From Trichoplax sp. H2 (Eukaryota), in contig NOWV01000019.1 in the NCBI GenBank assembly GCA_003344405.1, forward strand, positions 124,001-188,000: a stretch of 64,000 nucleotides of DNA. The letters are read 5' to 3'. A program made the translations under genes and the position numbers. The notes under the pieces are model-generated. The model saw nothing but the letters and a program-made list of their open reading frames with translations. It did no database searches and was not told the origin of the DNA. Positions 53,008 through 64,000 of this stretch are shown here, piece after piece (the stretch's first letter is position 1; each line of letters begins with the position of its first letter).

Positions 53008-55092
53008 ATTTTGAGAGTCAAGTGCCAGAGTCCTATTCGAGGCGATTTAAGAGCGAATTCCACAGTACAAGAGGATAGCATGCACCGTTTTACTTGATAG
53101 AAATGGAATATTGATGGCATGCACGATTGCACTAGATTGAAATGGAATAATTGTGAACTGCAGGTTGAAATTTTTCAGCATGTGTCAACATGTCCATTGC
53201 ATGTGTACTATCCGTTTTGAGAGTCAAGTGCTAGAGCCCCATTAATAAATGCGTTTTGAGAGCAAATTCAACAGCACAAGAATTTCACTTGATCGAAATG
53301 GAGTTTTTGTAAACTGGAAGTTAAAACTTTTCAACATGTTTCAACATTTACATTGGATGTGTATTATCTGTTTTGAGAGACAGGGGCTAGAGCCCTATTG
53401 GATACCAAATGATAGCTAAATGATACCAAATATATCTCTAAATGATATATTATAATCATAAATTATATAATCTATAAATGTATCATTTAGTATCATGTAG
53501 AGAGCAGATTCAATAGCTCGAGAATTTCACTTGATCGAAATGGAGTATTTGTGAACAGCAAATTGAAACTTTTTCAACATGTTTCAGCATGTGTTCTATC
53601 TGTTTTGAGAGTCAAGTGCTAGAGCCCCCACCCCCATTGGAGGCATTTCGAAAGCACAGGAGGATGGCATGCACCACTTCACTTGATCAAAATGGAGTAT
53701 CTGTAAACTGCAAGTTGAAATTTTTTTAATATGTCTCAACATTTGCATTGCATGTGTACTATCTGTTTTGGAAGTCAAGTGCTAGAGTCCCATTAGAGGC
53801 AATTTGAGAACAAATGTGTACTATCTGTTTTGAGAGCCAAGTACTAGAGCCCCATTGGAGGCAATTGGAGAGCAAATTCGACAGCACAAGAGGATGGCAT
53901 GCACCACTTCACCTGACCGAAATGGAGTATTTGTGAGCTGCAAGTTGAAACTTTTCAACATGTTTCAACATTTGCATTGCATGCGTACTATCTGTTTTGA
54001 GAGTCAAGTACTAGAGCCCCATTGGAGAGCAAATTGGACAACACAAGAGGATGGCAAGCGCCATTTCACTTGATTGAAATGGAGTATTTGTAAACTGCAA
54101 GTTGAAACTTTTCAACATGTTTCAACATTTGCATTGCATGCGTACTATCAGTTTGAGAGTCAAGTACTAGAGCCCCATTAGAGGCAATTGGAGAGCAAAT
54201 TGGACAGCACAAGAGGGTGACAAGCGCCATTTCACTTGATTGAAATGGAGTATTTGTAAACTGCAAGTTGAAACTTTTCAACATTTGCATTGCATGCGTA
54301 CTATCAGTTTGAGAGCCAAGTACTAGAGCCCCATTGGAGGCAATTGGAGAGCAAATGTGTACTATCAGTTTTGAGAGCCAAGTACTAGAGCCCCATTGGA
54401 GGCAATTGGAGAGCAAATGTGTACAATCAGTTTTGAGAACCAAGTACTAGAGCCCCATTAGAGGCAATTGGAGAGCAAATTCGACAGCACAAGAGGATGG
54501 CAAGCGCCATTTCACTTGATCGAAATGAAGTATTTGTGAAAGTGGAAATTTTTTTAACATGTCTCAACATTTGCATTGCATGTGTACTATCAGTTTTGAG
54601 AGTCAAGTACTAGAGCCCATTGGAGAGCAAATTCGAGAGCACAAGAGGATGGCATGCACCACTTCACCTGATCGAAATGAAGTATTTGTAAACTGCAAGT
54701 TGAAACTTTTCAACATGTTTCAACATTTGCATTGCATGTGTACTATCTGTTTTGAGAGCCCCATTAGAGGCAATTGGAGAGCAAATTCGACAGCACAAGA
54801 GGATGGCATGCGCCATTTCACTTGATTGAAATGGAGTATTTGTAAACTGCAAGTTGAAACTTTTCAACATGTTTCAACATTTGCATTGCATGCGTACTAT
54901 CAGTTTTGAGAGCCAAGTACTAGAGCCCCATTGGAGGCAATTGGAGAGCAAATGTGTACAATCAGTTTTGAGAACCAAGTACTAGAGCCCCATTAGAGGC
55001 AATTGGAGAGCAAATTCGACAGCACAAGAGGATGGCAAGCGCCATTTCACTTGATCGAAATGGAGTATTTGTGAAAGTGGAAGTTGCAATTT
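53008..55092. repeat. Tandem satellite of about 165-bp units with about 60-bp sub-repeats
   Basis: Recurring TTTTGAGAG(T/C)CAAGT(A/G)CTAGAGCCCCATT(A/G)GAGGCAATTGGAGAGCAAAT...TTCACTTGATCGAAATGGAGTATTTG...GTTGAAACTTTTCAAC. Confidence 0.95.
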
Positions 55093-56151
55093 TTGAAAGC
55101 GAGTGAAAGTGGAGAGAACAGCGTCAAATGACGTCAGCGTGAGACATGCGCTGTTGTGGCTTTCATCACTTGCATGACGTATCTGTAGAGTGTAGAGTGT
55201 ACAGTGTACAGTGTAGAGCACTCTGGCCACCTTCAGTCAGTATTGTTTTTGGCTCCTTTCTGCAGGTTGGATAGTACTGTAGATTTCATTGGTTTTGACT
55301 GAGGGCAGAATCGCGCGCACGACACTAACTCAACTTGCAATGGCAACGAGTCGAATTGGAGTAGACCCACTCAAACCACCCGCTACACCATAGAATTGGA
55401 GAGAGTGGAGTAGCGATGCGTAGATTTGCCCAAGGCCATGATGGTGCGCATGCGTGGCAGTGGAAGGCAAAGAGTCTTTTTGCAGCGCGGTTTTTGTTCA
55501 ACGAAAAGGGGACAAAATCTGCTGTGGAAAGTCTGTGCAAAAGAGAAACAAGTCTCTATCGGTGAATAACTGCTGTCAAAATCAGCATTTAAACATTTTT
55601 ATTCAACTGAAATAGAAGCATTTTGACAGTGTATTTTCATGTTGTAGGAAATATCGTGAGATTGTCCACTTTTTGAAGTCGTTTTTGTTCAGCAAGACTT
55701 TGTTGTAACGTGGAGTTTCAACGATATCCAAGTACAGCGGTTGGGCTAGCACATTCAAAGGTAAGAAATGGCCTTTGAAAAAAGGCCATTTGTCCAAGTT
55801 AATCATGTTGATAGTAGTTTTAAAGGATCAGCTATCATGGAAAAGGAGTGACAAAGAGTCAATTGATGGATGTTTCTTTTTTTAGCTTGAGTGGTATCGA
55901 GTTGTGTAAGCCATCAAAGGAGTGGATTTTCAAGTCCAATCATTGCCATCCACGTCTCCTTCCTTGCCTACCATCAATAATACTACGGTATATAGTAAAT
56001 GTCACTTTTCCATATTGCGCGTGATCTTGAGACTCAAAAGTGTGCAACAGCAGCCAACCACTTCTTATCATCTCAACGTAGTAGGTGAGGATTATTGCAT
56101 CAAGTCATCATTGGCTAAGTTACATCTTGAAGGGAAAGAAGGAAGGGAACA

Positions 56152-58634
56152 ATGTCGAGCCACTTTGACTTGTGGGCACACTTTCGCCTGGTTGGTATGT
56201 CTGCAAGTGGTAAAACGCATCAATACACTTGCGCCTACTGTGGTCGAAAGTATTCAAGGAATACCACTCGTATGGCTGATCATTTGAAAGATTGTAGCTT
56301 AACACCGGAAGATGTTAAAACTACCCTATTAAATAGTGTCAACGAAGAAAATGGTGACTCGCCTGACAATACGCCGGTAGCGACACCAAATGCCAACAAG
56401 CGTAAACGACCTTCAGGTAGCAGGTATCGATTAGTTCGCCATACATCCAAAAGAGAATTTAGAGAAACTGAAAGAATTATTGCACGAGCATTTTATGCCA
56501 CTGCTACGCCATTTAACAGCATTGAAAATAAGCACTGGCAAGTGATGTTAAGTCGATTTTGTCAAGGATATGAAACGTTAACCAAAGGTCATTTATCCGG
56601 TGTCTTGTTAGACACGGAATACACGCAAGTTCGAGCTAAAATCAATGAAATATTAGATGAAACTCATCGGATTACATTGCTGACCGACATTGTTATAGCT
56701 GATCACAGCGAAGTCTATATTAACTTTATAGCATCGACTCCCAAACCGATCTTTTTAAAGTCGGTATCGATCCATGCAGGTAGGACGAATTTTTCTCATT
56801 CCATATTTATTTGACTTTGACGTTTATGAATGATTATGTAATCAGTCATGCTCACCTTCAACCCAAATTGAAACTATCGAAATGCCTACCATCGATAGCG
56901 GGCGGATATCATCATCAATCATTGAAATGATTGATCCCCCTTAGCTAGAGATTAGGATCATTTTCTTATTGAATTGTGTGTAGGATTTATTGCTCATGAG
57001 TTCACGCTCATTGGATAAACCAATTGTTACGATTACAGCCTGTTTACAAATAGGCTAGTGGCATGATGGATTAGTTCACCATCAAAACGTTTACAGTATA
57101 CCTCTTACCTTCGACTAACTTTACTTGACCTTTGCAGTGATGGCTATAACCGTAGATAGAGTATCATCTCTATATACTGTCCATATCAACATGTGTGTTT
57201 GCAATGTAGGAGTGTTATCCTCTTCAGTTTACCAATGGTAACGAGAGGGTAGCTTGAAATGTAAGAGTGTTGTCATCTTCAGTTTACCAATTGTAACTGG
57301 AAGGTAGCTTGAAAATTCCAGCAAACTTGCAGTATCATTCAATTGATCCAACTGTCTCGTGATGTGATGCCTCGCTTGTAGGCTGTTGTCTAGAGTGAAA
57401 TATTGGATTGTGTCACGGTATGCATGGACTTTAATCGAATTTTTTTCATGTATTACTCGCAGGCAATGAAGTGCAAATGGCTGAAGGAATCGCCTTTCAA
57501 ATCAGAGAGATTTTCAAGGAAATTGACTATCAAAAAGTGATTTCTATCGTTACCAACGACTCCAAAACAGCAAGACCGGTTCAAAATTTGCTAACTGGCG
57601 AGTACCCTCATTTAAATTTTTATTGTTGTTGTAGCCACATTATCAATCTGTTACTATCGGATACCCTGGAAGTAGACTGGAGTAAAGATTTATTATGTAA
57701 ATGTATCGACATAGTCAACTACTTTAACCGGAATGCCTTAGCGTTAGCGACATTGCAAAATTGTCAGCAAGAAAAATATCAACGAGTTATTCCTTTGGTA
57801 ATGCCGGTACTGGATGATTACGAAACTATAAAGCTATGTTACACCTGCCTGCTAAATAGCAAGTCAGCGTTGCATAGTGCTGTCACTGAAGCTGGCTTTG
57901 TTGATACGCATATCTGTAATTTGATAATGTCGGAAGATTTTTGGATGAATTTGAAAATATACTCTGATTTTATGGATCCAATGATCGAAACAGCTGTCAG
58001 TTTTGAAACAACTCAGCCAGCATTATCTGCAGTATTTGATAAATTTCATAGCATCTCTCAACATATTAACAACTGCAACTTGCCTATCAAGACTTCCATT
58101 GCCACATTTTTCAACCAAAAATGGCAATTGATTATCAATCCGATGATGCTGTTAGCTTACCAGTTAGATCCGAAATATCGTGGTGAGCATTTATTATGTG
58201 AACATAATGCTAAAGTGATTTTTATGGTGTCCACTATGGCTGGTCCCAACTCTTCGGCTGCTTTGAGTGAATTAGCCTGTTTTAGAAGTCAACAAGACAA
58301 ATCGGTATTTAGTCAATCCAGCGTATGGGATTGCGCATCTGGTGTTGATGCGTCCTCTTGGTGGGAATTGATCAAGCCAAGTTGCCCTAATCTTGCTACT
58401 ATTGCCAATGTTGCTTTATCGCAGCCGGCCAGTGTAAGTGCTTGTAAACCGAAATGGTTATCATCTTTACTAATACAAGAGCAACGCACTAAATACGACG
58501 TGGAGACTGTTGATAAAATGATCTTTCTCCACTGGAATTTAAATATGTTGGAAGATAAAGATTTGAATGATGTCACAGCAGAAGTCAAATCTATTGATGA
58601 TAGTAGAACAATCGAAGACGACGAAGAAAATTAA
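56152..58634 (+). CDS. BED zinc finger + hAT transposase-derived protein (ZBED-like), 2 coding exons (56152-56779, 57463-58634), 599 aa; probably domesticated and catalytically inactive
   Basis: BED finger LWAHF...CAYC...RMADHLKDC; NLS-like KRKRP; IARAFYATATPFNSIENKHW; CxxH motif CCSHIINLL; LAYQLDPKYRG; hAT dimerisation region SSWWEL...CPNLATIANVALSQPAS. Phase-1 intron CAG|GTAGGA...TCGCAG|GC joins the two ORFs in frame (1800 nt). Confidence 0.88.
57203..57314. repeat. Two tandem copies of about 55 bp inside the intron of the hAT-derived gene
   Basis: AATGTA(G/A)GAGTGTT...TCTTCAGTTTACCAAT(G/T)GTAAC...GGTAGCTTGAAA occurs twice. Confidence 0.8.
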
Positions 58635-60361
58635 GCACCACTGTTATGTTGAAAAGGAAAAAATATCATTTTTTAGTTTCTGTTCTTACTGTATTTAATT
58701 TAATGGAATTGCTACTTTCTATGCTAATTCAACCACCCAAGACGAGCTATACTAAGTACTCCAACAGATGAACGATTGTAGAAACACCTAATTGATCGCG
58801 CTATTCCTGTAACTTACAGTTGTTGTAGATATAAATCTGTAGGTAGTACAAATTATTGGGCTGCAATTATGATACATGTGTTGAGTTTTGCGACTGAGGG
58901 TATCTGCAGTTTGTCCTGATTGTGGAGTTGGTTTTCATAGGTTTAGGAGAATGTTTTTACTGGTTTCATCGGAATAAACGGCCTCGTCACTCCAGGTTAC
59001 GTTACTTTAGGTGTCATTTTGTTATCGAGTTAACATTGATGTACAGAACGGAACAACCATTGCAAAAAATTTCTTTTTGATTTTTTCAACTTGTTAATTG
59101 ATCACTCTTGGATAGCCGTTTGGTAACGGTTGTCTAAACACGCTTAGGCACTCATCTGTATTATCCAATATTAGTTCCTTGTGACCAGTTTGATCGATTA
59201 AAAGGTTGACTTCACCTTTCATCTAATTTTTAGCAATCAATTTATAAGTAGCAATTCTCAAGGCGAATTAATGCACAACTACAAACAACGATTCATTGTT
59301 GTACTACTCTATTTGATAGACGAAAGGCCGTTCTAACTTAGGTTTGAGGCATTTCGTAACGCAATATCGATGTACCAAGTTTAATACAATGAGTACTGCC
59401 AAGGTAGTACTATACTTATTACCTGAATAAATAAATCTATAATGTAGTAATTGTCATAGGATGGTGTAGAATATCATTTTATTCATGTATAACCACTATG
59501 ATGTTATGTATGTCATTCTATCAATAAACGTTTAAAAGGAGATATTAACTGAGGTTGCTTCTCCATGGTCATTTTTAGTGAGTAGCTCTTGGCAAGTGAT
59601 GAATTCGTAGAGTACGATGAAATAGAGTATGGTTATGATGAGGAGAGATGGAGTACCGTCAACGTCCATCAACCGTTTTGTCAATGTTGAGCAAGTATAG
59701 AAATGGAATAGACGTTGTATATGCACTATTGATGAACATCCTTTGAATGATACCTGAAGAAATGAGGGGACCCTACCTTATGCATGTCAAACATAATTTT
59801 AGCAATTGATTATTAATGGACATTTTTATTTGTTGCGTTCGTCTACTTTACATCAATGAGTGGGTATTTCAATTTCTTGGCAGAAAAGTCGACCGCTTTA
59901 TTTTGCCTTTCAATGACGACGTTGTCCATTTCCGTCTTCGCTACAACAACTTGAATAAGAATTCAGAATGATGTGCTAATTGCTGCATCTGCACGCACTC
60001 TTATCCCCCCGATCATGCTGTGCTCGCTAGTCCGCTGCGAGCGATGATGTTGTTGGTCAATATTGTCCCATAAACAAGGATTATCTCCATGATGAATAAA
60101 CAACAAGGCAATTCAATTGGATTTCATCCTTTGTGATAAATGCATTAAACGTGCTTTTACTGCACGTCTACCCTATCATTACAGAACTGAAAAAATCACT
60201 TGGTATTACTGATGCTATCACTATGCCAATGGCCCATTCTCATCATGATTGCGCGTGCATGTCTAGTCGAAATCGAGCTCAAATTGGCCATGCTAACTCG
60301 TCCATTCAATGTGATTTTGGGTTGGAGTACAGTACACTAGTCATTTTGGATCGTTGACTGT

Positions 60362-60520
60362 ACAGTCTAAATTCGGCCTAAGGACACAGTTGGTTATTCA
60401 AGGTTTTCATACAAGTTTTCACAGTACTCCTAAGACAGTCTAAATTTGGCCTCAAGGCAGTTGGTTATTCAAGGTCTAGACTTGGTCATTCAAGGTTTTC
60501 ATCCAGGCTTTGACAGTTCT
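60362..60520. repeat. Short degenerate direct repeats
   Basis: ACAGTCTAAATT(C/T)GGCCT twice; TTGGT(T/C)ATTCAAGGT three times. Confidence 0.75.
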
Positions 60521-60998
60521 CGTATGCATTGGTGTGTCGAACAATGAATTTTCCTTTCCAATTTTTGCATGGCATCGTATATAATCAAGTTCTTATGACT
60601 ATGTGCTTCCACTGTTCTTCCATGGACAGTTTGTACATCATGCTATGAAGTAGAGTAGTCATTTTATCTTCATTTGAGTACTCTTTTTGCCCATTTTGGC
60701 AGTTTGGAAAGAAAATTCAACACATCAGACTCTCTACCTACTGCACTACTGTAGGAGGACGCGGGGCGCTGACTGCTGAGTCATTCAATCCTATCCGTCG
60801 TTGTACAAAAGGCGAGCATGACCCATTGGTCACGTGTTGCGAGCCAGTTGTCCACATGTCCAAACGTCCATGTACAATGAAAAGCAAAAGTAAAAATCAA
60901 GTACGGTGATCGTGACAGTCATGGATGGTTGGTCTCTAGTGCTTCTTGTTCAATTTTCAAATCGCCATCACAATTTGGACTGCTCTAGTACAGTAAGT

Positions 60999-61580
60999 AG
61001 ATCAACCCCAACGATAAAGTATGTACCTATGTTGAGTAATTCCTAGCAAAATGATGGAAAGTACTGGCAACAAGAACGACTACTATACGCGTACAGCACA
61101 CCATTGACTATACAGTAAACCTGCCTATAGAATACAGTAGGTTCCACTGGCGGCTCTATTTAAATAACTACGGTATAAAAGAAACGCCAATGAAGGAATA
61201 GATCAACGCAATGATAAAGTATGTTCTTACGTTGAGTAATTCCTAGTAAAATGATGCAAAGTACTGGCTACAAGAACTACTATACAGTACACCCTTCACT
61301 ATAAACCTGCCTGTAGAATAGGAGACACTGACGGCTCCATTAAATTAAATAAATAAATAACTACAGTACTGTACAAAAAAGAAACGCAAATGAAGGAATA
61401 GATCAACGCAATGATAAAGTATGTTCCTAGGTTGAGTAATTCCTAGCAAAATGATCCAAAGTACTGGCAACAACTACTATACGCGTACAGTACACCATTC
61501 ACTATAAACCTGCCTATAGAATAGGTCACACTGGCAGCTCCATTTAAATAACTACAGTACAAAAAGAAACGGCATGAAAG
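60999..61580. repeat. Tandem repeat, 3 x about 200 bp
   Basis: AGATCAAC...GATAAAGTATGT...GTTGAGTAATTCCTAG...AAACCTGCCT(A/G)TAGAATA...AAATAACTAC at 60999, 61200 and 61400. Confidence 0.93.
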
Positions 61581-62409
61581 CAAGATCCATAGTCAGTGGT
61601 CAGGAATGAGAAGGATTGGTCATGAATGCACCTGTTGGTGGTCTGGACTACTGAACTAGGGATGCGCGGATAGCAGCAGTGGATCCGGTATTCGTAATTT
61701 GGTATTCCAGCCGATGTTAATGACGAAAGAGATTCTACTCGTGCATGAGTTGAAAACTGCGCTATCTTACAACTAGAAAATGACGACTTGTCATGTTATC
61801 GTTATCAATGGATAGTTTATCCGCAATGGCAATCTGTCTGAACTGTATTATTAATGGGAATGGCTATGCCATAGTAAATCCTTTTAGTGCTTGGGTTCCA
61901 AATGAATTCATTGCCTATCTTTTATTTCAATCAAAGAAAGAGATCAAGCAAGGATTAATGCCAAAAATGTTGTAGAGAAATGGACGCAAAGGAATAGCGT
62001 CAAGATACGCCTGAAAAGTAGGAAGGGAATTACTTCAATTCAGCTCATTGATATAATATGAAAACAATTCAAATCTACTGGACGCCATTGTACAAAAAAT
62101 GATGTTTGGAATCAAGTTGTATGCAGTACCACTACAACGAGTAATATCAGAGCGACACCAGCACAAGAATTTCAAAGTATCCTTTGCTGTACAGTGTACA
62201 GCAATGTTATTTTGCTATCAGATATTTGAGTAAAGGTATCAATTCAATTCATGCCTCTCGATATCGGTATAAATCACTGTATTTGCACGTTCGTTTTAGT
62301 GCCAACTTTTCCCAGCTAAGGTATCGAAAGCGAAATGACAGACACTGAATAGGATATCTGTTCGACGGGTATATCCATCTGCATACTCTACCAATATACA
62401 TATCGCTAT

Positions 62410-63125
62410 CAAATTGAAATGAACAAAATTTTCATAGTTGCTGCACTCTACGCTGATGATTGGAAATGTTTCGACTATATAGTGTGTAGTACTGTACTTC
62501 AAATGGAAAAAAAATTTCATATTTGCTGCACTCTCTTCACTGATGATAGGAAACATTTTGACCGTTGTTACGAAATAATATAGTTGTTATAGACATAGTA
62601 TCGCTAAGATCGATCGTATTAAATAAGGCTGTTTATTACAGTCTATTTCTGCAGTTGTTCTGTAAACGATGAAGTCCTAGATAGCATATCTAAGAAAATA
62701 AGTTGTTATCTTATTAAGAATAAGATAAGATTGTCGTTAACGTTCATGGTATGTCCGTGTCTGTAATGTCTCTAAATATGAATAATGATGACGATTAAGT
62801 CCTAGATAGCATATCTAGGAAAATAAGTTGTTATCTTATTATGAATAAGATAAGATTGTCGTTAACATTCATGGTATGTCCGTTATTGCACATTACTGGT
62901 AATTGTCTCTTCTATATAACGGCTCCTAATGCATAATAAAGTTAGTTCGGTACTTAAGCTCTATTGGACTCGTGATTGTTCAGTGCTCAAGCCCTACTGG
63001 ACTTTTGAATTATTGTTATTACGATAAACAAGAAAGTGGAACAACCGTATGGTGGACAGGACTGCAAATTGAAATGAAAAAATTTCCTGCACTCTCTACG
63101 CTGATGATAGGAAATATTTTGACCG
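62410..63125. repeat. Interleaved repeats: 3 copies of a motif of about 65 bp and 2 copies of an 87-bp double-hairpin unit
   Basis: CAAAT(T/G)GAAA...CTGCACTCT...CTGATGAT(T/A)GGAAA near 62410, 62500 and 63065. AAGTCCTAGATAGCATATCTA...GGTATGTCCGT at 62672 and 62797. Confidence 0.85.
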
Positions 63126-63764
63126 TATAGCGTTTTCAGCGATACTACATATGAGCAAAGACGTGACTAGTGAACTTTCTCAACAGATGAAGATAGGATC
63201 GTCAGTTAGAACTGCTTTACCACGGGTAACCAAGTAACGTGTCAAGAGTGTATGGCCATGGACTACAACATATCCTCCTTCTCTCCACCTCAAAATGATA
63301 TTCATTCGTCAATACTGCTACCCTTTTCAATAATACAGGGGGCTTGCTCGTCGTTGGCACCACTGTGACTGTGAGAACTACCAAAGACTGCTGCAATAGT
63401 CACAGGGATTGAGAAAATCGTAACAGGGACTACTGCAATCCAAGGAAAGAAAGCCGTAACAACTTGCAATCTGCAAATCATTGTAAAAGGAGATGACTAT
63501 CTAGTTGTATAGCTGTTCAAGTGGTGGTATAAAATGGAGACTACAGTACTACTCTGTTGTAGCACCAAGTGGAGATCATTTACTACACCAGTAGTAGTAC
63601 TGTATCTTGACATTATTACTAATAGAGAATATCATTCAGGACGAATGATGATTCCTTGGCAAGGAAATACTGCGGCGATCGTAACTGCGAGACTAGCAGC
63701 ACCCACTGAGCTTGTTCGATCAACAAGCTCAATGTGGCCATCTCTGTTAAGGTCAAGTCGTCGT

Positions 63765-64000
63765 CATCCTAGTCGATCATGGATTGATTGATTTCTATAT
63801 CGCTTGTTGACTTGAGTGCGATTGAGAATCGGCATTGATCCATTGGCAATGGATTGGATCATTTTTTGTCTCGCATCCTAGTCGATCATGGATTGACGGA
63901 TTTCTATATCGCTTGTCGACTTGAGTGCGATTGAGTATCGGCAATGGATTGGATCATTTCTTGTCTCGCATCCTAGTTGATCATGGATTGACGGATTTCT
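63765..64000. repeat. Tandem repeat of about 95-110 bp running off the window end
   Basis: CATCCTAGT(C/T)GATCATGGATTGA...GATTTCT near 63766, 63874 and 63969. Confidence 0.9.

Noticed and set aside
50210-55092. Repeat arrays as CRISPR-like loci
   Set aside because: Whole units are repeated with no unique spacers, there are no cas genes, and the context is eukaryotic.
53596-55230. Short ORFs within the satellite
   Set aside because: By-products of the repeat unit; frames are not maintained between copies.
63872-63880. CGCATCCTA as the partner TIR of TAGGGATGCG at 61657
   Set aside because: It is one base short of CATCCCTA, is part of a tandem-repeat unit, and no 8-bp TSD was found.

Overview
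Eukaryotic (animal) genomic DNA: AT-rich, compact and dense in short GT-AG introns. It most resembles a placozoan such as Trichoplax, which is an inference from gene content and architecture. Gene order: 3' part of V-ATPase subunit a (+), axonemal dynein DNAH7 (+), APIP/MtnB (+), COMMD4 (-), PMS1 (+), EF-1beta (-), UBE4A (+), VPS25 (-), then a spliced BED-finger hAT transposase-derived gene (+) set among several tandem-repeat arrays. Most notable: (1) the hAT-derived gene is intact but has lost its catalytic residues, so it is a candidate domesticated transposase; (2) APIP carries Gln at the position of the human catalytic Glu139; (3) DNAH7 has 17 introns in its 5' part followed by one 9.95-kb exon; (4) VPS25 has a U12-type intron; (5) tandem RFX X-boxes lie upstream of DNAH7; (6) several genes have human orthologues on 2q32-33 and 17q21. 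An N-gap at 39300-39319 separates two allelic copies of one UBE4A exon. All gene models were spliced by eye, and homologue comparisons rely on recalled sequences, not searches.
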